64,000 nucleotides of DNA, from assembly GCA_041659945.1 (NCBI GenBank), contig JBAZXH010000001.1, forward strand, positions 425,292 to 489,291. Direction: 5' to 3'. Of the stretch, positions 57,435 through 64,000 are shown piece after piece. The position numbers were made by a program, and so were the translations under genes. A model generated the notes under the pieces. That model was given only the letters and a program-made list of their open reading frames with translations, had not been told where the DNA came from and made no database searches. Positions within the stretch are counted from its first letter, which is position 1. Every line of letters begins with the position of its first letter. The DNA is from Candidatus Pacearchaeota archaeon. GTDB taxonomy: Archaea > Nanobdellota > Nanobdellia > Pacearchaeales > GW2011-AR1.

Positions 57435-58577
57435 ATGAATGATAGAATGGAGTTTGGGATTGTTGGTGCAGGTATTTCTGCCTCTATGATTGCTAGAGAT
57501 ACTAGGACCAGTAAGTTTGTAAAACTTGGAGCTATTTGTGATGTTGAGGAAGATGTAGTGAGAAATTTTGCAGTGACTAACGGGCTTGATTCTTCTCGTT
57601 GTTATACTGACTTATCTAAGATGTTGACAAGAGATGATCTTGATTTTGTTGTTGTTAGTGTTCCACCATATTTACATAAACCTACGGGAATTCAGATTGC
57701 TAAAGCTAGAAAACATGTTGTTGTTGAAAAACCAATTACAACTACTTTAGAAGATGCAGATGAATTAATTAGAGTATGTGAGGGGGAAGGAGTTGAACTT
57801 TTTGCAGTATCTCAGAAGAGATATGAAGGAGATGTTCTGAGAGCTAAGTCTCTAATGCCTAAATTAGGTAATGTTTTTTATGCAGAAATGAGATCTAGAT
57901 GGTTTAGGCCACAGAGTTATTTTGAAGGTAAGGATGGGAGAATTAATTGGAAAGGTAAATGGAAACTAGCTGGTGGTGGAGCTCTTTTAAATCAGGGAAT
58001 TCACGGACTTGATGTTTTATTTTATTTATGTGGTGAGTTAGAAAGAGTACGGGCAAGAGGAAAAATTGCAAATCACCGAAATATTGAAGTTGAGGATTTG
58101 ATTTCTGCTAATGGAATTATTCATAATGGACCTGATGTGGAAATTTATGCATCAACATGTGATTTAGGAAGAGATCATACAGAAATACATATTTTAGGTA
58201 GAAATGGAAAAATAGTTTTAGACGATTATTGTTTTGTTCCGGGAAGTGGAATTTATAGTCCCACTGGAAATCTTGTAGAACCATTTATTAGTTCAAAAAC
58301 TGCATCTGTTGAAGGTGTAGATGAAGGTAGAGTAGGAAATCCTCTTTCACATGGAGGTCATGAAGTACAATTAGAATATATTGCAAGAGAATTAGGTGGT
58401 ACTCCTGTTTCAGGAATCAGTATGGTTAGAGGTAAGGATGCAAGAGATACATTAATGTCAGCTTTGGCAATTTATCAATCAATAGAAGAAAAAGGAAGAG
58501 AGCTTTGGTTGCCTTTACAGGATCATAGATATGCTCCTAATCCAGAAGTTATGAGTGAAAGATTATCGTTTAGATAA
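57435..58577 (+). CDS. Gfo/Idh/MocA-family NAD(P)-dependent oxidoreductase
   Basis: The Rossmann motif is GIVGAGISASM and the EKP motif is VVVEKPI. The length of about 380 aa is typical. Confidence 0.75.
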   Translation: MNDRMEFGIVGAGISASMIARDTRTSKFVKLGAICDVEEDVVRNFAVTNGLDSSRCYTDLSKMLTRDDLDFVVVSVPPYLHKPTGIQIAKARKHVVVEKPITTTLEDADELIRVCEGEGVELFAVSQKRYEGDVLRAKSLMPKLGNVFYAEMRSRWFRPQSYFEGKDGRINWKGKWKLAGGGALLNQGIHGLDVLFYLCGELERVRARGKIANHRNIEVEDLISANGIIHNGPDVEIYASTCDLGRDHTEIHILGRNGKIVLDDYCFVPGSGIYSPTGNLVEPFISSKTASVEGVDEGRVGNPLSHGGHEVQLEYIARELGGTPVSGISMVRGKDARDTLMSALAIYQSIEEKGRELWLPLQDHRYAPNPEVMSERLSFR

Positions 58578-58650
58578 TATTTTATTAAGAAGCAAAAGCT
58601 AAGGATTAAAAATAGACTTATTCTACTTATTTGATAGTTAATATAATAAA

Positions 58651-59613
58651 ATGTTAGAACCAAAACCAAGGTTTCTTGAACGTATGAAAGAACTGCTTAG
58701 TGATGAGAAAGATTTTGAAGAATACCTGAAAGTATCTCAAACTTACCCGGTAAATTCTATTAGATGTAATACTATTAAGATTTCTGCTGATGAATTGAAG
58801 AAAAGACTTGAGAAAAAATGGAAAATAAACCAACCATTTAAAGAATATCCTGAAGTTATGATCATTGAAAGTGAGTTGTTGCCGGGAGAATTGGGAAAGG
58901 CCATTGAACATATTTTAGGTTATTATTATGTTCAGGAAATTTCTAGTATGTTACCAATGCTTGTTTTAAAACCTAGTAGGGAGGATGTTTTTCTTGATCT
59001 GTGTGCCTCGCCAGGAAGTAAAACTTCTCAGGCTGGAATGATGATGGAAAATAAGGGTTTTTTAGTTGCAAATGATGTTAATCTTGGAAGAATTATGGTT
59101 TTGGCAACTAATTTGCAGAGATGTGGAGTTACCAATGTTATTGTTACACGACATGAAGGTACGAGTTTGTGCAATCGTTTGTACAAGGCAGGATTTAATT
59201 TTGATAAGATATTGGTTGATGCTCCGTGTTCGGGTGAGGGAACTATTAGAAGTTCACCTAAAACTCTTGTTATGTTTAGTGAAAATTTAATTAAGAATTT
59301 ATCTGGAATCCAAAAAAATCTTGCTTCCAATGCTTTAAAAGTTTTGAAAGTTGGTGGAGAAATGATTTATTCAACTTGCACACATGCACCAGAAGAAAAT
59401 GAAGAAGTTGTTTCCTACTTGTTGGATAATTTTCCGGTTGAGTTGATGGAGATTAAACTACCATTAAAAACTCGCCCAGGAGTTGTAGAATGGAATGGCA
59501 AACAGTATAATAAAAATGTTACAAAATGTGTAAGGGTTTATCCTCATGATAACAATACTGAAGGATTTTTTATAGCTAAACTCAGAAAGGTTAGTGAGTT
59601 GGAGGAAAAATAA
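58651..59613 (+). CDS. NOL1/NOP2/Sun-family RNA cytosine-C5 methyltransferase
   Basis: The motifs DLCASPGSKT, DAPCSGEGT and YSTCT are present. Confidence 0.85.
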   Translation: MLEPKPRFLERMKELLSDEKDFEEYLKVSQTYPVNSIRCNTIKISADELKKRLEKKWKINQPFKEYPEVMIIESELLPGELGKAIEHILGYYYVQEISSMLPMLVLKPSREDVFLDLCASPGSKTSQAGMMMENKGFLVANDVNLGRIMVLATNLQRCGVTNVIVTRHEGTSLCNRLYKAGFNFDKILVDAPCSGEGTIRSSPKTLVMFSENLIKNLSGIQKNLASNALKVLKVGGEMIYSTCTHAPEENEEVVSYLLDNFPVELMEIKLPLKTRPGVVEWNGKQYNKNVTKCVRVYPHDNNTEGFFIAKLRKVSELEEK

Positions 59614-59614
59614 G

Positions 59615-60097
59615 ATGGTAAAAGTAGAAATATTGGATAGGACTAAGAAGAAAAAAGTGTTGGAGATACTTGAAGAGGCCTATGGAATCGAAGATTTGCC
59701 GTATATGTTTATTAAAACTGGTAAGGATAAGGTAAGAATCTTTTCTGGTGAAATGGCCTGGGACGAGATAAATGAATTTTCTAAAAAGGTTAATGTGGAA
59801 ATAATTGGAGTTCCTCTTTGTACCTTTGTTGAAGATAATGTTACTAGAATTAACTTTGATGTTGCTAATTTGCCAAGTGTAAAAAATGGTGTGACTAAAA
59901 ATATCTATGAAATAGATGATGCTCAATTAGGTGAGTGGTTAAACGGAAAGAATATTAATGTGGATTTAGAAATTTCTAAAAAACTAACTTCTGGATTTGT
60001 TATGGTTTCACATAAAGGTGATTTTATTGGTGTTGGTAAGACAAGAGAAGGTTATATACAGAATTATGTGCCTAAGGAAAGAAGAGTTAAGAATTAA
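59615..60097 (+). CDS. PUA-domain protein (NIP7-like ribosome biogenesis factor)
   Basis: The C-terminal SGFVMVSHKGDFIGVGK is PUA-like, and it lies immediately downstream of the NSUN gene as in many archaea. The ATG at 59615 follows the NSUN stop, and the track ORF begins at a GTG at 59594. Confidence 0.5.
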   Translation: MVKVEILDRTKKKKVLEILEEAYGIEDLPYMFIKTGKDKVRIFSGEMAWDEINEFSKKVNVEIIGVPLCTFVEDNVTRINFDVANLPSVKNGVTKNIYEIDDAQLGEWLNGKNINVDLEISKKLTSGFVMVSHKGDFIGVGKTREGYIQNYVPKERRVKN

Positions 60098-60438
60098 AGA
60101 CTAGGTTCTTGTTTTAATCTATAGAGGCCAGTTAATTCACCTAAGAAATCTTGAGGAACTAGTTGGTCCAAGACACATTCTAATACATATAATCTTTGCA
60201 TGGGAACTAATGCTCCTCTTTCTCTTAATGCATAATCCTCAGGATCATTTCTTTTTAGTGCTTGTTCTAATTCGTTTTTAAATTCAGCAGGGGTTACGGT
60301 TGTATCAAATGTTTCTAGTTCTTCTGCTATTATATTTGCAAGAGGTTGTTGATCTCTTGCATCTGGACAATAATGCCCTAGGTTTCTTAATTTTGCTGCA
60401 ACAAGATCTGTCCTAATACGGGGTTTATCATCTGACAT
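60094..60438 (-). CDS. hypothetical protein with atypical composition
   Basis: The ORF is 114 aa, Leu/Arg/Asp/Pro-rich and Lys-poor. Confidence 0.3.
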   Translation of the reverse strand: MSDDKPRIRTDLVAAKLRNLGHYCPDARDQQPLANIIAEELETFDTTVTPAEFKNELEQALKRNDPEDYALRERGALVPMQRLYVLECVLDQLVPQDFLGELTGLYRLKQEPSL

Positions 60439-60525
60439 CTTTTGATTTAATTAATTCTATTTATAAAGTCTATTGCATTTCATTATATAATCATCTTTAT
60501 AAACGGTCTTTTTATCTTTTTTATT

Positions 60526-60774
60526 ATGAATAGTTCAATAGAAGGAATAGATGCTTATGGAAGTTTTGGTAGTGGAATGGGTTTTGGGGAACAGTTTGAT
60601 GACCCCGAAGTACAGGAAAATTTAGAAGAAATGAAAATATCAGAATCTGAGAGACCAACTATTTTGTTTATTGTTTATAGCCCTAGTGTTATTCCCTCTA
60701 ATGGGCAAACTCATTATGGGGCTATGGTTTCAGGGTTTGTAAGAGCAGGACCTGGTGCTAGAAGAAGGTTATAG
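60526..60774 (+). CDS. hypothetical protein with atypical composition
   Basis: The ORF is 82 aa and Gly-rich. Confidence 0.25.
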   Translation: MNSSIEGIDAYGSFGSGMGFGEQFDDPEVQENLEEMKISESERPTILFIVYSPSVIPSNGQTHYGAMVSGFVRAGPGARRRL

Positions 60775-60808
60775 AATTCTTTATAAAACCATTATTCATT
60801 CATAAGCC

Positions 60809-61708
60809 ATGAATAATAAAGATATTGAAAATATAAGAAAGGCGGGCAAGATAGCTCGAGAAGTTAAGGAATATGCTAGACGTGTAGTTAAGAAAGGTGA
60901 ACTATTGAGAGATATTGCTGATAAAATTGAGGCTAAAATTGTTGAGCTTGGTGGAAAGTGGGCATTTCCAGTTAACTTGGGAATAAATGAAGTAACTGCA
61001 CACTATATTCCAGCTCATGATGATGTGACTGTTGCTGGTGGACTGCTAAAGGTGGATTTTGGTGTGCAAATAGATGGATGGACTGCAGATACAGCTTTTT
61101 CTGTTGATCTTGAAAGTGGAGAAGAAAGTGAAAAAAATAAAAAATTAATTAAATCAAGTGAAGAGGCTTTGGCAAATGCTATAAAAGCTGTTGAGGAAGG
61201 TAAAGGTTTGGGAGAAATCGGAGCTGCGATTCAAATGGCTGCTGAAAAATATAATGCAAATTCAATAAAAAATTTATCCGGGCATATGATTGAACAGTAT
61301 GCTTTGCATGCGGGATTAAATATTCCTAATTATGATACTGGTAGTCCACATGTTTTGGATAATGGTCTTTATGCAATAGAACCATTTATCACTTATGGAA
61401 GTGGAATGGTTTATGATGGTAAGCCTTCTGGGATTTATGAAGTAAGAAAAGTTACTGGCATAGGTATTAGGGATAGTCATGCAAGGGAAGTTTTTGAGTT
61501 TATTTTAAAAGAATATGAAACTTTGCCATTTTGTTCGCGTTGGCTTGTGAAAAAATTTGGTACTAGAGCATTATTATCTTTGAGTATGATTGAAAGAACT
61601 GGTGCTTTGTATCAGTTTGCAACTTTGGTTGAAAAATCTAAATCAAAAGTTGCTCAAAGTGAACATACTTTGTTGATTACCCAGGGAAAGGTTGAGGTTA
61701 TTACTTAG
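60809..61708 (+). CDS. map: methionine aminopeptidase, type 2 (archaeal M24A)
   Basis: It has pita-bread-fold signatures: NEVTAHYIP, DDVT..GLLKVDFGVQIDGWTADTAFSV, and HMIEQY...H. Confidence 0.85.
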   Translation: MNNKDIENIRKAGKIAREVKEYARRVVKKGELLRDIADKIEAKIVELGGKWAFPVNLGINEVTAHYIPAHDDVTVAGGLLKVDFGVQIDGWTADTAFSVDLESGEESEKNKKLIKSSEEALANAIKAVEEGKGLGEIGAAIQMAAEKYNANSIKNLSGHMIEQYALHAGLNIPNYDTGSPHVLDNGLYAIEPFITYGSGMVYDGKPSGIYEVRKVTGIGIRDSHAREVFEFILKEYETLPFCSRWLVKKFGTRALLSLSMIERTGALYQFATLVEKSKSKVAQSEHTLLITQGKVEVIT

Positions 61709-61799
61709 TTCTTGTATTAGTTATTATTTTGCAGTAGTTACAAATAGAAATATTTAAATACTAATTTAGCCTATGAAAATTAGATAAAAAGGAACAAAA

Positions 61800-62789
61800 A
61801 TGGCAAAAGATGATATTGAAACAAGGCTTAGAACTTTAGAAAGAAAAGCTTCTAGAGAAAAGACTGTTTCAGCTATGGAAACTGGTGCACGAATGGCCGG
61901 TGCTGCAGTTGCTGGAGGTGCTTTTTATAGATATTTAGGGGACTCGGCTAGAGGTCTTGGAGAGTTTTGTGGAGAGTTAGGAGATGGAGTAAGAACTGCC
62001 AGAGCTCTTGCGTCTTTAGGAACATCAACAGATAGCACTCAACATTATTTATCACTTTTACCTGGAAATATGGCTCAAGTCTATCAGGATTCTGCTGGAA
62101 GTTATTTGGATGCTGGAAGAATTGGGTTAGAAACTGCTCAAAAAGCGAGTGAAAGTTTTCCTGGGGCTAGATCAGAGGTTGTTCAGGGAATAAGGGGTAT
62201 TAAGGGTACAATTATTGAAACAACAAAGGGTTTGATTAGAGGAAATAGAGAGGAAGTTGGAAAAACAAATACTCCTGAATATCAAGCAAATTATAATCAA
62301 CTTGCTGCCTTGAGGGTTGCTGGTGTAAAAAAGATGCAAAGTCTTGAAGTTCAGATTGATAGACATTGTCAAAAACTAGCAGTTAATGAAGCTAGAGTAG
62401 GTAAGGTTGATGAAGAGGGAATAAGAATATTGGAAGGTCTTGTTGGTCAACATAATAGTATTTTATCTTTAGTTAAAAATTCAGAAAGTTTAGGTGTTAG
62501 TGAAGTATCTGCGGGAATAAATAGTTCTCAATATCAAATATTGATAACTAGTGCAAAGACTTACGGTCTTCAACCGGTAAGTTATACAGATTATGGTACT
62601 GCTGCTTTGCTTTCTGGAACTCTTTTAGCAGCATATGCTGGAAATAGAGTTGGGAAGTTTGTTGTAAGAGCACCAATTGCAGCATATAGAGCAGGAACTA
62701 AATTAGTTGATGCTGGTGTAAGAACTGGTAGATTTGTCTCTCGAGCAGCTGAAAAGTTGAGAGCTAGAATCATATCTAGAAAGACTTAA
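61800..62789 (+). CDS. hypothetical Ala/Gly-rich protein with atypical composition
   Basis: The ORF is 329 aa with no motif. Confidence 0.3.
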   Translation: MAKDDIETRLRTLERKASREKTVSAMETGARMAGAAVAGGAFYRYLGDSARGLGEFCGELGDGVRTARALASLGTSTDSTQHYLSLLPGNMAQVYQDSAGSYLDAGRIGLETAQKASESFPGARSEVVQGIRGIKGTIIETTKGLIRGNREEVGKTNTPEYQANYNQLAALRVAGVKKMQSLEVQIDRHCQKLAVNEARVGKVDEEGIRILEGLVGQHNSILSLVKNSESLGVSEVSAGINSSQYQILITSAKTYGLQPVSYTDYGTAALLSGTLLAAYAGNRVGKFVVRAPIAAYRAGTKLVDAGVRTGRFVSRAAEKLRARIISRKT

Positions 62790-62813
62790 ATATTAGCAGA
62801 AGATAACTAAAAA

Positions 62814-63179
62814 ATGGAAAATAAAATAAAATTAAAAAAAGTTTTGACTTGTCATTCTGAAACTGGTATTTCTGAAGTAGTTAAAAAACTTAGGGAACAT
62901 GGCGAAAGAAGAATTTTTGTAGTAGATGATGAAGAAAAATTAGTGGGAATTATTACTACTGTAGATATTGTTTACAAGGCTTGTTTTGATAGTGACTTAA
63001 AAGCTAGGGATATTATGTCTAAAAATGTTTTATCTATTGATGTTGATGACGAGCTAACTGGAGCTCTTGAAATTATGGACAAATTAAAAACTTATGTCTG
63101 TCCGATAACAAAAGAAGGTAAGGTTATTGGATTAATTTCTTATCATGATGTTTTGGCATATGTAATGTCGACAATGTAA
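62814..63179 (+). CDS. CBS-domain pair protein
   Basis: It has two CBS motifs, (ISEVVKKLREHGERRIFVVDDEEKLVGIITTVDI) and (ARDIMSKNVLSID...EIMDKLKTYVCPITKEGKVIGLISYHDV). Confidence 0.75.
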   Translation: MENKIKLKKVLTCHSETGISEVVKKLREHGERRIFVVDDEEKLVGIITTVDIVYKACFDSDLKARDIMSKNVLSIDVDDELTGALEIMDKLKTYVCPITKEGKVIGLISYHDVLAYVMSTM

Positions 63180-63180
63180 A

Positions 63181-63801
63181 ATGGGAATTGAAGATTATTT
63201 ATCAAGTGCAGTGAGCAAATCAAAAGCAAGTTTTTCTAGTGATAGAGGTAAATGGGTCAATTATTTAGTTGATCATGAATTGGGCAATTATTTTTCTGGA
63301 GCTTCAGACGAAGAAAGGCAAAAGATGAGGAACGGTTTGGAAAGAATAGTTGATACAACTGCTGAAAAATATCATGATGAACTTGGTGGAATTGCTAGAA
63401 AGGGGGTTTCAAAGGGAACAATGGGATTGGCTGTTTTGAATGATTTGTATGCATATGTTTCTAATGTTCCAATTGCAAATGTTACTGGTTTGGGTTATGC
63501 TCTTTTTGCTCTTAAAACTGCAGCAGAAGTTCCTGCTCTTTATAGATATTTGAAGAAATCTGGTGACTGGTATGGAGAAGCTGAGCATTTAGCACTTAAA
63601 CCTTTGAGATATTTACTTCCAGTTATTGGTCCGGCTCTTGAATCTGGAGCTTTTGAAAGAATGGTTAGAAGGAATATAATGAATGAAGCTAGACTTGGAT
63701 TTATTAAAGAGTTTGGAAATTATGTTTCTATTGAAGATAGGGTTAAAGAAAGATTAAAAACAAGTGTTAGTGATGCAGCTGGTGTAAAAGCTGCTGCTTA
63801 G
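63181..63801 (+). CDS. hypothetical protein with atypical composition
   Basis: The ORF is 206 aa with no motif. Its ATG overlaps the CBS gene's stop (ATGTAAAATG context). Confidence 0.3.
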   Translation: MGIEDYLSSAVSKSKASFSSDRGKWVNYLVDHELGNYFSGASDEERQKMRNGLERIVDTTAEKYHDELGGIARKGVSKGTMGLAVLNDLYAYVSNVPIANVTGLGYALFALKTAAEVPALYRYLKKSGDWYGEAEHLALKPLRYLLPVIGPALESGAFERMVRRNIMNEARLGFIKEFGNYVSIEDRVKERLKTSVSDAAGVKAAA

Positions 63802-63835
63802 AAACTTTAATAAACATTATTTTCTCATCTTAATT

Positions 63836-64000
63836 ATGGCACTTAAGGTTTTTAATACACTAACTAGAAAAAAAGAAATATTCAAGCCAATAAAAGGAAA
63901 GAATGTTGGAATGTATTCCTGTGGGCCGACAGTTTATAATTATGCTCATATTGGAAATTTAAGAACTTATATTTTTAATGATCTTGTTAAAAGAAGTTTG
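63836..64000 (+). CDS. cysS: cysteinyl-tRNA synthetase, N-terminal fragment; it continues beyond the window
   Basis: [51 protein letters not shown] matches the CysRS N-terminus, including the HIGN variant of HIGH. Confidence 0.75.
   Translation, partial: MALKVFNTLTRKKEIFKPIKGKNVGMYSCGPTVYNYAHIGNLRTYIFNDLVKRSL

Noticed and set aside
53751-63801. Whether the region of atypical proteins is a recently transferred high-GC genomic island.
   Set aside because: Nucleotide GC is only modestly elevated. Codon choice (AGA/AGG Arg, A/T third positions) matches the host. The atypical genes are interleaved with clearly native ones (NSUN, PUA, MetAP, CBS). A single recent island is therefore unlikely, and the pattern is reported instead as scattered, possibly ancient acquisitions or fast-evolving proteins.
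1-64000. Search for CRISPR arrays, rRNA genes, IS elements/transposases and integrase genes.
   Set aside because: I found no regularly spaced direct repeats with unique spacers. I found no rRNA-like conserved stretches. No ORF carries DDE, HUH or tyrosine-recombinase motifs. The only mobile-element-like signals are the tRNA 3'-end duplications and the three-copy intergenic element, both reported as findings.

Overview
This 64-kb window is low-GC (about 30%) and gene-dense, and its gene content indicates an archaeon with a reduced genome, probably of the DPANN kind. Archaeal information-processing genes are present: Alba, ribosomal protein S17e, tRNA-splicing endonuclease EndA, TFE, FEN-1, family-B DNA polymerase, archaeal-type ProRS and GlyRS, GatB, an NSUN m5C methyltransferase with a PUA-domain partner, and type-2 MetAP. 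Translation genes include glyS, leuS, alaS, proS, gatB and a partial cysS at the window end; LeuRS and AlaRS are clearly bacterial-type, and AlaRS carries an insertion of about 120 aa with no counterpart in standard AlaRS. Three tRNA genes are present: Ala-GGC, Met-CAT and Arg-TCG. Predicted surface or secreted proteins include a giant 2343-aa adhesin-like protein with a cytoplasmic PRC-barrel tail, a secreted DHFYT-repeat protein with HExxH motifs, and two Cys-rich secreted proteins next to a beta-propeller protein. Several small regulators and nucleotide-salvage enzymes are also present. No CRISPR array, rRNA gene or recognisable transposon is visible. The observations I consider most worth a second look are listed below.
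1. A conserved intergenic element of 127-142 bp occurs in three copies. Each copy has a GTTCAC-N3-GTTCAC direct repeat near the 5' end and an identical 3' end, aattcttatggtgtgatttcaa. One copy precedes a roughly 470-bp non-coding stretch that ends in a hairpin plus T6.
2. Both tRNA-Ala and tRNA-Arg have their last 12-14 nt repeated about 80-90 bp downstream, with two hairpins in between. These look like att-site or recombination footprints, or tRNA-fragment remnants.
3. A contiguous block at 53751..58577 encodes proteins whose amino-acid composition differs from the rest of the window (Ala/Arg/Gly/Asp-rich rather than Lys/Ile/Asn-rich). The block contains a hypothetical protein, two tandem paralogous membrane proteins sharing KMHWWP and WKTFEAVGRPGWW motifs, an orphan soluble histidine kinase and a Gfo/Idh/MocA oxidoreductase. 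About ten further ORFs with the same atypical composition are scattered through the window.
4. A GC-rich structured element lies in an intergenic gap at 24945..25062 and is a candidate small RNA.
All functional calls rest on motifs I could recognise by eye, and none has been checked by a database search.
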